64,000 nucleotides of DNA from Macrostomum lignano. Taxonomy: Eukaryota. The stretch covers positions 62,001 to 126,000 of the forward strand of contig NIVC01002129.1 of assembly GCA_002269645.1 (NCBI GenBank). Reading direction: 5' to 3'. How positions within the stretch are numbered: the first letter of the stretch is position 1; every line of letters starts with the position of its first letter. The notes below the pieces were generated by a model that searched no databases, was not told where the DNA came from, and saw nothing but the letters and a program-made list of their open reading frames with translations. Positions 38,380 to 51,529 of the stretch are shown one piece after another. Both the position numbers and the translations under genes were made by a program.

Positions 38380-39022
38380 GCGAAATCTTGTCTGCTGCAT
38401 GGCCAGCAGCACTGGAGCCGCCGGCGGCGAAGCAGATCGCTGGGGCGGGCCAGGCGAGCTCGGGCGTACAGCGCCGCGCTAGTGACATGCTCGCCGCCGC
38501 CGATCTTAAAGGCAGCGCGCAGCAGGCCGGCGTGCGCCGCGTCGACCTGTCACTTGAGCGTTTCCGTCAGCGTCCATGTTTCAGCGTTGTAAAGCAGGAC
38601 GGTCTCGATCAACGCCTAGAACAACGCTGAGCGCTGGCAGTCTGGCAGGGCCGCAGAGTGCAGGACGGTTCTCATGGAGTTGAAGGCCGCCCAAGCGAGT
38701 CCACGGCAATGCCTCAGGTCGTCAAAGGCGTCGGGTACCAGGCCGCCAAGGTACACGAACTGCTGAACGCGCGGCAACAGCGTTGCCTGCCCATCAGCGC
38801 CTCGGCAGTAGATGTCGGCTTGGATGTTGGTGGGCATGGTGAGCACGACGGTCTTTTGCGTGTTGATCACCAGGCCGACGCTCGCAGCAATGCCAACCAG
38901 ACAGTCCAGCTGACGTTGGGCGCCCTCGACGGTTGAGGACAGCAGGGCGAGATCATCGGCGTAGTCCAAGATGCTGAGGTGACGCTTTGGCTGGCGGCGG
39001 CCCACTCGGCGTTGCAGCAGGA
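38380..39022 (-). mobile_element. non-LTR retrotransposon (RTE-like) RT/thumb fragment, copy 2
   Basis: LSILDYADDLALLSS...GLVINTQKT...FVYLGG...RGLAWAAF, continuing ETVLLYNAETWTL...RRRLQLARPA in shifted frames. Confidence 0.9.
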
Positions 39023-39419
39023 TAACTTTATTTACAATTCAGAACGAGTCAATTATGGATGGAATGTGCTTATCTGTTGTCGCAAGATGCAATAACTCGC
39101 TAAGCACCGCCACCAAGTATTAGAACGTCGAGTGGCGAAAACACGGCTAGCCAGCCAGGCTGCTGGGGTGCTGAAATTGAACTCAATTGGTTGCATTGAA
39201 CAGCATTCCTAAGTACTATCTTTTAATAAAAATTGGACCAGTGTGCAATGCTGTTGTTTAACTTATTACAGCCTGCCAAGCCTATTGGCTGATAATGACA
39301 CTTCTCTGAAACCTCTACAACTGAGCTCTACTGTTGTAAACTCATTTGATCATGATCAAATGGTATAATCATTAAATAAGGAAGAAATTGTAGCGCAAGA
39401 TTTTCTATCCAAAATTATT

Positions 39420-39625
39420 AATATTAATAATATTTTATTATTATTTACTATTATTATTATTATTAATATTACAGATAGATTATTAGACAGATACACATTA
39501 TTACATTATTATTATTATTACATTATTATTACATTACATTATTATTATATTAATAAAATATTCTTTTTATTATTATAAAAATTATATTAATATTTATTTA
39601 ATTTTAATATATTATTAAAATTAAA
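39420..39625. repeat. AT-rich (ATT)n-like low complexity
   Basis: TTATTA/ATTAC repeats. Confidence 0.85.
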
Positions 39626-40004
39626 ATGTTTATTAGCTCGTAAAACCGCATTAGCGCTCAACATTAGCGCAACAGCCGCAACCCCCCGCTTCGTAGCCGT
39701 CTCAGCCGGGGCGGCGGCGGAGGGGGGGCGACGTGTCAGTGGAAAAAGACCATTTCTTTGGGCCATCTTGAAACTATAATGATGAATTGCAACCTTACAA
39801 CATTATGCTAGTGCATGTCCCAAAACTATAGTGCACATGTTCCCCTCATACTACTTATAGTATCCTACCAGAGATCCTACCACGAGTATCTATGATTTAT
39901 GACACTGAGAATAGATTTGGGACACTGAAAATTGCGGCACAGCAAGAATAAGATAAGAAATGATGATAAACTTATATAATAGTCACTCATGATAGTCAAA
40001 ACAG

Positions 40005-42036
40005 TTAACATGGATAATAATGGCATATCCAATACAACATGTTCCCGAATTGACGCTCTTGGAACAGCCGGCGCCATAAAAACTCTTGTGGGTACATCTC
40101 GAACAGGCCATTCGCAGTACCATGCATCCCCCAGTACTTAGCCTTGCAGTTAGCCCATGTACCCTCAATGGTGTTTGTATGGATGGTAGGATCATTAGGG
40201 TCAACAAACCAGATAGAGTGATTAATGGTCATATTGATGTGTTCCTTATTACCAGTCCTTGGATAATCAAGGAACAATCACTTCTAGCTCTTTAGCTAGG
40301 CAACCCAGTAATCAAATGAATGTATTCAATTACCCTGATTCCTGGTGAGATATCTCCTTTGTTCTCTCAGTAGATCTCGTGTAGGTCTCTCTCCTTGTCT
40401 TCCGGAAGTGTTAACAAATTGAATCTGTTGTTCGGTCCTGCTTATTCTTCTACTTCCGATGAAGTTGTTCCGGCCGGTCGTCAGGATTCCGGCCGGTTGT
40501 CAGGACCAATCAGAAGCTTCGATTTAACAATAGGTACCCTGCGCCGAATAGCGGTATCAGTTAAGCCTTCTTCTTCTAGCAGTGCCTCGATGCACTCTAG
40601 GTAATGCTCCGGATATCTGTAGTAGCTCCTCTTAGATCTACTAGGGTAGTCCTTCGGGCGACTACAGCCAAGGGAGTCTCAACAGACTTAAAAGTCTCAA
40701 TAGACTTTAATGATCTCGAGTCTCAATAGACTAGAGCGAGACGTCTCTTGCAACAACTGGCGCAAATAAGAAAGGCTTACCGCAACAACCGAACCGAGTC
40801 TCGATTGACTGGTTAACTAGGATGTCTTTCTAAAGACACCTCTTCGGAGCGCTCCTCTTCCGTGGGGAGAATGACTCCGGTGCCGCGTTGGGCCGCTTGT
40901 ATTTATAGACTTTTTCTTCATGAGTCACTTGTTGCGCTACAAGGGGAAATAAGATTGATTGCGTTTGAAAATAGTAACATGACTCATTTTGTTACTAAAT
41001 ATAGTAACATGAATCATCCTGCTGCTATAAATAGCAACATGAATCACTCTGTCGCCATGAACAGCAACATGATTCATTCGCTATAAATAGGAACATGATT
41101 CATATGCTATAAATAGCAACTTGCATCATTTTCAGGTTAAAGTACGCATGCATGCACTAGCTTACTTAACAGTAGTTTCTACGGTTTTTACTTTTAACTT
41201 TTAACGGGAGGTAGAACACTCTACAACATGATTGGCCAGTTGATTATAGGCCGCCCACTGGTCAGTGATCACTCGGGTGCCTGGTAATATATGCTGGTTA
41301 ATGATAGGAACCAGAGTATTAGCCGAGCGATCTGGAATGACTACCATTACACAATGGTTTGTACCATGTTCCACCATGCCCAGCACCCAGTGGCCCTCTT
41401 TGTATGCACCCTGGTGGTATTTCCTGTGCATAAATTTGCTCTTGTCGATCTCGACTTCTCGACCTGGTCCACCGAGCTGCACCAGATGGTCAAGGATGTA
41501 CTGGGCACATATGTCGCAAACAAAATTTAGCCAGTCTATGGTAGTACTCCACGACCCAAAGTGGCACTCTCGCATAAAATCCGTTGCCCTGGTGTTCCGG
41601 GCAAAGAAATAAATGAGATCAACCAGCTGTATCAGTGATAGGTGACTCTTGGCAAAGAATGAGCCTGTCCTTATGGCCCTATGTCACTGACACATCTTGC
41701 AGGCCCAACGCCAGCCATCGCTACAGTCAGCAGCTTCGTGGCAATGTAGGCTCATAGCGATGTTGCAGTTCTAGCACTGCAAAGAGTTCCGGATTAGCCC
41801 ATAACAACTGAGCCAGCGCATTGCCGATTGCGTGTCTGGTATCAGCAGTACCAGCTCCCGATGACTGACATCCAGGGCAGCCAATGCATTGGCAGGTTCA
41901 ATTTCTGCAGGTGGCACCTCCGATTGCTGCTGCTGCAATCGGAGGCAGCAGCAACAGGGGCACCGTTCACAACCCCTCCGATAGCCAACAGCGGGAGGTC
42001 GAAAACTTCAGACTCGGGGTCACTATCATAGGCCAT
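40005..42036 (-). pseudogene. Merlin/ISXO2 (IS1595-like) DDE transposase, with stops and split by solo LTR1
   Basis: N-terminal WLSCYGLIRNSLQC*NCNIAMSL...DGWRWACKMCQ*HRAIRTGSFFAKSHL; core GGPGREVEIDKSKF..RKYHQG...WVLG...DRSANTLVPIINQHILPGTRVITDQWAAY; C-terminal NHSIWFVDP..HTNTIEGTW...QEFLWRR; start codon tentative. Confidence 0.9.
40235..41225 (-). mobile_element. solo LTR1 (991 bp)
   Basis: TG...CA ends (minus strand TGTAG...CATCA); 4-bp flanks ATAT/ACAT; removal restores transposase frame QLANHMTINHSIWFVDP; minus-strand TATAAATA near 40910-40917 and TGA(C/G/A/T)TCA repeats. Confidence 0.85.
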
Positions 42037-42289
42037 AGCCCAAGCTAAATATTGATCAGCTCGCCTATTATCAGTTCCGTTGTTTTCAGTGCCTAGGGGA
42101 ACTATATGTTCAGGGATTTCACCGTCGAGGGCGGTTAACTCTTCGGAGGGGCGATTATTATCCCAGAGGGTGGATATAACTCGGCGGGACATGTTGGAAT
42201 CAACTGAGAGTATAGTATTAGAGCTAGGATTGAGGTTTAGCTCTCTGGAGAGGGGACACATTAATTGTATAGGCAGCCCCAGCGAGGTG

Positions 42290-42420
42290 GTGTGAGCCAA
42301 TAGGAAACATGTCGAGGTACATGTCGGGAAGGTCGCCTGCGACATACATGTCGGGGCGCCTGAACGGCGCTTGGCGCCACGCGCGCGCCGAGCGCTGACC
42401 AATGAGAGGTGACCAATCAT
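42290..42420. promoter_or_regulatory. GC-rich promoter-like island with three CCAAT boxes and E2F-like TTGGCGCC
   Basis: GAGCCAATAG, GACCAATGAG, GACCAATCAT and TTGGCGCCACGCGCGCGCC; lies upstream of the Merlin ORF. Confidence 0.4.
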
Positions 42421-43039
42421 TTTTTAGCTTCCGGGGGCACCCCGTTGGGGTTGCGCCAGACAAATATGCGGTGCGTTTGCAGTGTCGGCCAGCGACTACT
42501 TGATGTTGCCTCGTAGTCGCCTCCCGGCCATTCCCTTGGGAATCGGGCGACTCCCTCGGTGGGGTCCGTGGTGCCGGATGTCTTCTTGCGTGACCTGTGT
42601 CTGGGCGTCCGCCTTCATGCACGGTTGCCCTTGCACAGAGACATCCATAAAACAGACGCCCGGCCTTCTTTGTATGCAGGCCATTGTACTGGAATAATTT
42701 TGGCTGTTAATTAAGTCTTGTTTTGGCATTGTACATACACGGCTAGCCTAATGTATGCTGGCGGGGTTGCGGGCCTCCGCCGGTTTTATTTACGGATCGT
42801 ACCCCTACTGGGGGGTCTTATCTCTAACTTTGCTTTTTAGCAAACCTTTTTATTTGCCCAAACCTTTCCTCCTAATTTCTAATCCCTTTACTCCCTTTAC
42901 TCCGCTTTGCTTTGCTTGAGTTGGAGTTGCGCTTCGCTCAAGCAACAAGCGTTGTCTACGAGTACAATGTAATATTCGGCGGTCTATTTGACAAGCAGCT
43001 GCAGATCATGGAGCTTCGCGACGTCGTGCCGGGTACAGC

Positions 43040-43510
43040 ATGGAAGTGAATCTGAACATGTTGCAGGGTGTCAGTGATAGATTTTTGCGGTCAATTATTA
43101 CAAATCTATGTATGGGACTGTTTGGTGTTGTCTTTTTGGGTGTGTATCCTCAGGACTCGATTAGAACTCTTGGACAATTTCCTTCAGATGGTAAAGACTA
43201 TTTCTTTGTGGCGAATACAGACAATTCGAATCTTCCTGGTAGGCATTGGGTTGCGGTTTGAGTGAGTAGTAGGCGGGTTAGGGGGCGCTGTGGATGAAGA
43301 GTCGGGAAATATTTTGATTCGCTTGGTTTAAATCCACCGAAAAATCACTCAACCCAATGCCAATGCCATTAGAGGGTGGTTGGGGCGAGAATGTGGGGAT
43401 TTTTGAAATGTGGGGTCCTACAGTCGATTTGCTATTCAGGATCCTCGGACTCGTCATTGTGGTACGAGCGAGGTGGGTGTCGTATTTGGGTGTTGTTTTA
43501 TTTGTATTTC
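43040..43510 (+). pseudogene. adenain-like (C5) cysteine protease of a Polinton/adintovirus-like element
   Basis: FLGVYPQD...FFVANTDNSNLPGRHWVAV, in-frame KYFDSLG after stops, frameshifted IQDPRTRHCG; H, D, Q and C catalytic motifs in the expected order. Confidence 0.8.
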
Positions 43511-43942
43511 AAACTGACTCGTGGTGGTAGCCTTCTATTTCTTTTAACGCATGTTCTTGGTTGTGGGCCTTGACGAGGAAATGAGTTTCGGCGCGCGTAT
43601 TTTTGCCTACGACGCTTTGCAACACAAGTGTTGCCTCTATTCTTGTAATGCAGAAATATACCGAAAATGCGTTTTTGACACGTTGGTTGGTTGATCGAAA
43701 TTTAGATCTTTTCTTTTGTATTCTTTGTGGGTATGGTGCATTGTAGTTAGAATTCCTGTAGAATACCCAACAATTTAGTTCGGTACCGAATGGTACGTAT
43801 GGTACCATTATGGTACCACTTATTAACAATTTAATTTTAAATAGAAAAATAAGGTATGTGCGTAATAAAATATTTGACGGGTACCTTATTATGTATTTTG
43901 CAATTGACAAATGGGGATAGACGTAATTTTCTATTACTACTT

Positions 43943-44151
43943 GCGGTCATGCATGTTTGAGCATAACCATATATGGGGTTAAGCAAATACAGCTGTTAAA
44001 ATCCGGTTCTTTGTTCAAACAATGTAGGGTTCTAAATCATTCTGTTTGCGCGTGATTGCTAAAATAGATATGACTCATTCTAAAATAAATAGACTTTCCT
44101 AGAATATTACTTTAAGTAGAGCATTACGGTATGGTTTAATAACTCCCTACA
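43943..44151 (-). mobile_element. diverged LTR (U3) remnant related to the gypsy LTRs at 55.6/62.6 kb
   Basis: GCGGTCATGCATGTTTGAGCAT, AAGCAAATA, TCTGTTTGC, AAAATAGATATGACTCATTCTAAAA and TAGAATATTACTTTAAGTAG co-linear with 55932-56165; ends CCCTACA; other boundary not found. Confidence 0.8.
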
Positions 44152-44225
44152 TTTGGGCGTCTTTTCTATGAGTACATTTGGGCGTCTTTTCTATGAGTAC
44201 ATTTGGGCGTCTTTTCTATGAGAGA
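44152..44225. repeat. 25-bp unit repeated three times
   Basis: TTTGGGCGTCTTTTCTATGAGTACA. Confidence 0.9.
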
Positions 44226-47200
44226 TTTGTGAATAGGTCAGTGAAGCTTTTCCTTTTTCTCAAGCAACATCCATTGATCCGGCGCGACAGTTTAGGCAGG
44301 TTATTACACCATTCGCCGATGTTTGATGATAACACTCTTGACAAAGTATTACCTGACAACATGTCATACTAACAGGAGTGGTTGGTGTGTGTTGGCAGAT
44401 TTGGCAGACTGGTTCGTTGTTTTCTTAGGGAGGTTGATCTTGGTTTAGTGGAGCCATAGCTTGAGTTGGTTGAGCCCCAGCTTGAGTTTGATGTTCTTGG
44501 ATATCTTCTACAAACTCATCCACTCGTCTCTGTGCCTCCTGACACACTTGTCGCTGTTGATGATATTTCTAAAATATAGATTAGTAAGTTAGATCTAATA
44601 TTAGATCGACTTTCTGCAAGCGGGTTTGTGGTTTTTTTCTTTCAACTATAGTGAGGTGAAATGATGTGTTGGAGAGTAGTATATTCAGTACTCTCCGTTG
44701 CCTCTAGGTGTTTGCCCTCTTGTTGCCCTCTTGAATTCCGTTCGAAAAAAATGTTTCACAAATCACAGCTCGACAACATGCGATTGTAATGTTTGGTAGC
44801 TGTGGTTCGTGTGGCAGATTGGACAAAGCCCTTGATTATTAGCTAGGTGGTTCTCTGCTTGAACCTGGTTAATTACCAGCTAGTTGATGCTCCATCTCTT
44901 GGTGATAAGCAACCAAGCGCCTCTCTGCTTCCTAAACTCGTCGTTTTTGAAGAGAGAAGTTCTAGAAAAAATTTAGTGCGCTTGTATAACTTTTTTGTAA
45001 ACTAAAATCTTATAATGGAAAAAACTTCCAACTTACCTTTAGCTGATTAAAGAAGCGCTCTTCATTAGCCAAATCTTGTGGGTTATACTCCAAAAAACCT
45101 TGAGGGGAATATCTTAAAACATTCAGTTCCTATAGTGCTGCCACAAATTTTGCTCACGACTTCTAAGAGTTGCTCTAGCTGCAGTAAGCCTCTCGAGCAA
45201 ATTAGAAAAGACATTGTAAGAATGATATTTTGTAAGAAAGACAAGTTTGTAGAAAAAAGTAACTAGAATTTCGTTTGTGGCATTTCTTAAATATATTTTC
45301 ATGACAATAAAAAGTTCTATTGTCGTAATGTTACCAGCTTCTAATATTTTAAAGGGTGGTCTCCAGTGCAGCGTCTGGGTCCAGTGAAGCTGAAATCCGC
45401 GTCAGCTCAGCACGCGTGCCCGACACGTTGACAACTGTTTTGAGATGTTTCACGAGCTGAACATACCACACATACCACATGCTAGCTGCACACATGGTAA
45501 CCCAGGAAAACTGTCAAACGGGCCCGCATGTCGTCTTTCAAGTTAATCCTGTAAAGATCCAATGGTTTGCGGCCACTGTTGCGATTAGCTGGCTGAGCTG
45601 CAAACGTTCCGCATGCTGTCGCAGTTAAGCCTCTGACAGATTCTTTCACATGGTTGAGTAGATGTCATGACGGGGCTTCTGGCACAAAGTGCAGCAAATC
45701 CCTCTTAGATCAACATCTACTAAAATCTCTTGACACATAATGCGCTTACATCTAAAATCAACTATCCCAATGCAATACATACACCCGCTGATCTAAGGGG
45801 GATAACATCCCGCTGTGCCGACCGCCGTCGACTCGAGAGGTGTGTGTTTGCCGTCGATTCGATGTCGAGCCTTTTCCGGGCTAATGGATGTCGATTCGAC
45901 GGCAAACAGTCGACATGTTTTCGACGCTTATTCGACATATATTCGGCTACCTCTTCCCTGATTCGACACGCATTCGAAATGCATTCGACATCTAATATCG
46001 TTGATATTACATACATATCTATATGTAAACATGTGGCTTATGTTTTTTAGGCCTTGATCGTGACAGAAACAATAATTTATAGTAGCTAATGACACATTCT
46101 ATTAGCATCTGAAACAAACAAATGTAAGAAATTTGTTTATAGATTTTCAGTCATTGTAACAAAGTGCAAAACAAATTTCCATGTTAACAACAACAGGTTT
46201 TGTTAGGTCCAGAGCAACATGTATTTTAAAGTTAAAATTAGAGTAAGCACAAGTTATACCATAATTAAATTCGCACTTTGAGTAACAAAAAGTGCTTAGC
46301 AGCGTCTATTGAAGGTGCCAACCAAAGCTTCAACGCCATTTCAGGTTTCTTGCTGTTGCTCAGCTCAGGTTGTACATCGCTACAATGTACATCGCTCGCT
46401 TAGTTAATTATATAAGTCGGGGCTGGGCCAGTTTGAGCCCTAAGAGTTTTTTGACTAGCCTTACACACTGACTCTTGTCAACAACCTAACACTTTCGACT
46501 GGGGAAGATTGATATCTTCAAAGCATTTGCTTTCGAGAAGAACGCAAGTTAAATTCCCGAATGATTCTCTTTTTTATTTCCTTTCGGAAGCCCTGATGGC
46601 ATTGCGAAGGCTTTTGGATAACTTCTGTCCTCGTTCAGTAGCAGTGCACCGCACTAAGAAGCCACGCTCACAGGCCAGTCGGTGGAGTCTTTCAGTTGTC
46701 TTCCTTCGTCTAGTGGGTCGTTAGCGAGTGATGCTATATACATGATCCTCAATTCGGCCTCCCCCTGATCAGCCAAGACATGAAATCCGTCGATATCTGG
46801 TAAGGTTGGTAAAGGCGCAAAATGCATTGCACGAATTAAGGAATTAAATAACCCTAGAGGACATTGACTTGAAGATTCTTACAAGATCTGACTCAAACTC
46901 CCTTTACGGACTTGCAAGAAATTACCAGATATTACCTATGTAAATGTATACGCAGATCTTATCTGATCTTGCATGTTCTTGAAAGACACGATCTATTAAG
47001 ATCTTACTTAGCACATCACGATCTTGTAAGATTGTGCAAGATATGCCAAGACAGCAGTCTACACTGCTACCAACGGATCTTGGTTATCTGGTCAGATCTG
47101 GGCTGAACCCAGGCCAACTTATAATAATGCAGTTTAAAAGAAAGTATAACAAAGAAAGTAATCATAAACAGATTTCAATTTTTTAATATACATCAAAATC

Positions 47201-47873
47201 TCTTTTAATTGTACTAACTGCTTGATAAGCTAGAGTGAGTGTATTTATTATTTTACCATTTGTAGAGCATGTACATGGTCATGTGTAAATAAACAGAAAT
47301 ACCTAATAGCATTTGAAAAGTAAAAAATGAATAATCAAAGCAATAGCGTAGTCATAGATCCCACAGGTGTGTAGCAATCCTAATGCATCAGAGTCTTCCA
47401 TGGGCAGTTCTAATTTTGCCAAATCTGCGGGTGATATGAGCATATTAAAAAAATAAGATTATACGAGCGTAATTAGAATATTAGAAGCATAGGAGGCCCA
47501 AGCAGGCCTAAGCTTAAAGTTATAATTAATAAATCTGATATGATCAAAATGCCTATACCTATATTAAAAATAATTAAGTATAAGAAATTCATTTGCCTTA
47601 GACTTAGATCTTCATTAACTGATCTTGGACAAGCTAGCCAGACCCTAATAAGACAATTGATGTTTTGGTATTGTCATTTAAAACTCCTCTTCTAGACACC
47701 GCATGGTTAGCTGAAATTAAAAAGGAAAGGTTAGATAAGGTACATATTTTTGAAAATGGTTTATAATTTACACTTTTGTTTTAGAAACTTATCATTTAAA
47801 TAGGCTAAATGATTAGCCACCATTTATACTATATAACCATGGCATAGCTATATTTTAATATGAACTCAATGTA

Positions 47874-48592
47874 CAGGGTGGTCCAGAAAGGTCTCCCGTA
47901 CTACAAACATAGTTTTCTCTGCACTGGATTGATGGATTGAACTGAACCTTGACCTGCCTAAACTTTATTCTGAATATATTGTTTTGTCTAAAAATCTTAG
48001 CAATTGCTAAAAAATCATGAAGTTACAGCAGTTTTTCTCAAAAACACCGTTTTTTGTTAAATCAGTTGGGTTTTAGCACAATCTGCTATGCAGCTGTCAG
48101 TCAGTGCTCCACATGACGACCTTTGTTGTCGATACAAGTCTGCAGGCGCTTCTTAAAGCTATTAAGGCTGTTGACAGCAAAGTCCACTGGCATATCCTGC
48201 ATTACCTGCGTTATGCGTGCCTTAAGCTCATCCAGGCTGTCCACTGGCTGTCGGTAGACGTTGTCTTTCACCCATCCCCAGACAAAAAAGTCCATAGGGT
48301 TGAGATCAGGACTGCGTGCAGACTCTTCAATTAATCCAGCCAGGATGCCATTTTAAATCTTTCAACTGGCGTGTTAGTCATAAAGCTGGAATGAAATGTG
48401 CACATCAGTAAGTGAAACGTTGTTTTTTAAAAAAACTGCTGTAACTTCATGATTTTTTAGCAATTGCTAAGATTTTTAGACAAAACAATATATTCAGAAT
48501 TAAGTTTAAGCAGGTCATGTTTCAGCCCAATCCATCAGACCAGTGCAGAGAAAACTCTGTTTGTAGTACGGGAGACTTTTCTAGACCACCCG
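47874..48592 (-). mobile_element. internally deleted Tc1/mariner element
   Basis: about 180-bp TIRs CAGGGTGGTCCAGAAA / TTTCTAGACCACCCG, TA on both sides, transposase C-terminus RSPDLNPMDFFVWGWVKDNVY...ELKARI...KRLQTCIDNKGRHVEH. Confidence 0.93.
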
Positions 48593-49459
48593 TATGTTAA
48601 AAATAAGATTAAAAGATAATAATGATTAAATAAATTTTAGGCCTAGTCTCGAATTTACTAAATTAAAATAAAAAAGTGGCTAGGGCCTAATTATACAAAT
48701 TCAAGTGTCTGTTAGGTCCACTATTTTATTTTTGACATCACATCAACTACTAACTGAGTTGAGCTAGGCTACCTCATAAAAAATCTGGACTAGGCTAGGC
48801 TTAGGCCCTAGCTAAGTTAATTGAAGCTCAATTTTACACTAAATTTAACATTACTAATGAACCAACATGATTTAGCCCCCTTCCAATAAAAGTATGATCG
48901 AATCATGAAATCTTACTTTTAAAATATGCTGCCTATTTTCCTATATGGTGACTAGTAGTCCGTCCATCAGTTTTACTCTCAATTTTACTCTTAATCGAAT
49001 CATAAAATCCTACTTTTAAAATATGCTACATATTTTCTTGCATGGCCATTCTATCCATAAGTGCTGATTTAATTTGGCTGCTGAAATCAAACAGTGCAGA
49101 ATTTTCTGTCAAAAATTTTGGACTTTGCTCAGCTCTTATACAATTCTGAATGCCTGCATTTTCAGGGCCAGCTTTTACCCCAAACAGAATTTACAGCCCA
49201 ATACAGAGAACTTTTGGGATGACCCTCGTATGTACGGACGAGTTAAAAGTATTGAGTATAGCAAATGCTTCCTAATAAAACAATAGATATGCAATAATGT
49301 ATTTTTTAAATAAGTAACTGCGTATTGTATTCCTAATTTTTATTCTAAACTAACTTATTGGAATGGGCGTGTCCTGCAGTCTAAGCTACTGGTTTTTATT
49401 CTGTCTTCTACTTTACTTATTATCCATTTTAATAAGAAATCCATCCATTTTACTCCTAT

Positions 49460-50046
49460 TTGGTAAGTAGAATGCGAGGGGGCTTTTGGGACAAAATTTT
49501 TCACGTCCTCCATAATCCTATTAAATCCATCCATATTATCCCCGACGGAATCAGAAAAAAGGAGTGGGACGCACTTGCTCCGAAAACTTCGAACCTAATC
49601 TCATTAAATCCATCCATATTATCCCTGAATCAGAGGGTCGCACTCGCTTACAAAACGTCATCCATAATCCACCTAAATCCACCCATATTATCAGAGCATA
49701 GCAGGTGTTCTACATAATCCACTGACATCCACCCATAGCATCTTCGAAACAATCAGAAAATAATCTATTCTTCTCCCCACATTCAATTCGCAACGCGGAA
49801 CCAGATCCCAAAGACTTTAAAATCATCAGCGCAAGGTCCTTATTTCACGAGTTTTGTCGTGGTGAAGGAATACTAGTCGAGACAACACGGCGGTTTGTAG
49901 CGGTAGCACTGCCAATATCGCGGCAACGATTTGGCCGTAGGCTTGTTTATTTGAGTAATAGTCGGATTGCCACGAAGGTTAACAGTTTCAATATAGTGGA
50001 CTACTGTACTGGGCACTGGCGGCAGCGCAACAATAAGTTGAGTTAA
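49460..50046 (+). pseudogene. degraded, frameshifted ORF, probably part of the virus-like element
   Basis: MRGGFWDKIF...DGIRKKEWDALAPK then shifted frames NNQKII...RNQIPKTL / RSLFHEF; family resemblance is only impressionistic. Confidence 0.25.
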
Positions 50047-50570
50047 GTTGAAGGCGGTTGAGCACGATGAAGGTGATCCCAAGTGGCGAATGATGGCAGT
50101 GAGCAAACAGTGCGGTGGCACTAGGAGAATAGACAGGCAGTGGAAAGGCGTAAACAGGTCTGGCTGGCGAGTCGGGCCCAGACAGGGTGGGCCGTGGCGA
50201 GAAATAAGGAGAGAGAAGGAAAACGAGAGGCCACAAGAGTGAGGAGGCCCCCAGCCCGCCGCCAGGCGGGGGTTAATAAAGAGCGCAGAAGGGTTAGCAT
50301 AATACACGCGGAGAGTTTTCATTGGCTGGCGGGGGAAAAAACAAGAACTTGAAATTATCGATCGTGCTAGATTTTACAGACGAACGCAAGGTTTATCAAA
50401 TACACAGTGAATTAGCAATTGATACAGATTAGTTGCGCGCTACTACAAGTAAACGTGAGAATACACAATTGGAAATTTTAAATGAGAAATTTTAAGGAAA
50501 ATTGCAGTCCAACGGCCCTTTTGCGGGACCACTTTAAACCAGCAACGTCACACTTACCCTTTGGAAACAA

Positions 50571-51517
50571 TTAAATAGTAAGTCTGCCCTGTGCATCAGC
50601 AGAGCTGGCACTGGTGCTATTCCACACCCTTTTACATGACTCGGAATTGAACTTTTCATAATTTACTTTTGACCAATTAGTGATTACTTTGTACATTTCA
50701 TCACCACTGTCTATGTCGCGGAGTATGAGCCCTACCTTGTACCAAGAATCATAGTCTTGGTTTTTGTGTTGTATTATACTTAACAACTTTGAAGCTCCTT
50801 CACAAGTGGGTGATGGAACGGTGCTTTTTAGTGCCTGTTTATCGGGTTCTTGATTTTATTTTTTATCCTGTGGCTTTATTTATCTATTTATCTCATCAAG
50901 AATTACATCTGGCATGTGTATTAAACCTTTGGGCTTTGTACGTTTGTATTCCTTAATTTTACCAAATAATGGTAACAAAATAATATGATAGTAATAGTCA
51001 CCAAATAATAATAGAAACCTGGTGGAGCAAATACTAAGGCGGGAATATCAAAACCCACACTTTGTTGAATCGTTACTTTCAATACATCTACCTTGTTAAA
51101 GTAAAAGTGGTGACCCTTGTTTGTCTGAACAATCCAATCACAATGAGTCATACACAGTTCATTCAACCTAGGGCATAGTTCAGCATTATCAATATCGATT
51201 ACGGTTATATTTGAATTTCGAGTATCTATCCAAATCATGTTGTGTACCTCTGGTCGAAATGGTGGGGAGGTTGAATTTCTATCCTCTGTGGTTGGCATTC
51301 TTGATGGTATTTTTTTCTTTGTTTTACTATTCCATGTTATACTGCAACTTCCGAATCTAAAATTAAGTTCTCCATAGAGATTAATTAGTTTATCGTACGA
51401 TTTTGTGTGTTTTAAATTTGTCAATCTTGGTAGTGGTGGTGGTGCATCATGGTTTTGAAACGGATCCTGTACGATCACAGGAGAGACACTTGAATCGTTT
51501 TGATTTTTTTCTTCCAT
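50571..51517 (-). pseudogene. AEP bifunctional primase-polymerase (Prim-Pol) plus PriCT-2 domain, frameshifted
   Basis: ITVIDID, IVQTNKGHHFYF and GFDIPALVFAPPG motifs; downstream QDYDSWYKVGLIL...WSKVNYEKFNSESCKRVWNS...RLTI fits PriCT-2. Confidence 0.8.
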
Positions 51518-51529
51518 TTTATTAAAAAA

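Noticed and set aside
49873-50352. 149-aa and neighbouring overlapping ORFs
   Set aside because: GC-rich stretch open in several frames on both strands with no recognisable motif; cannot choose a real frame.
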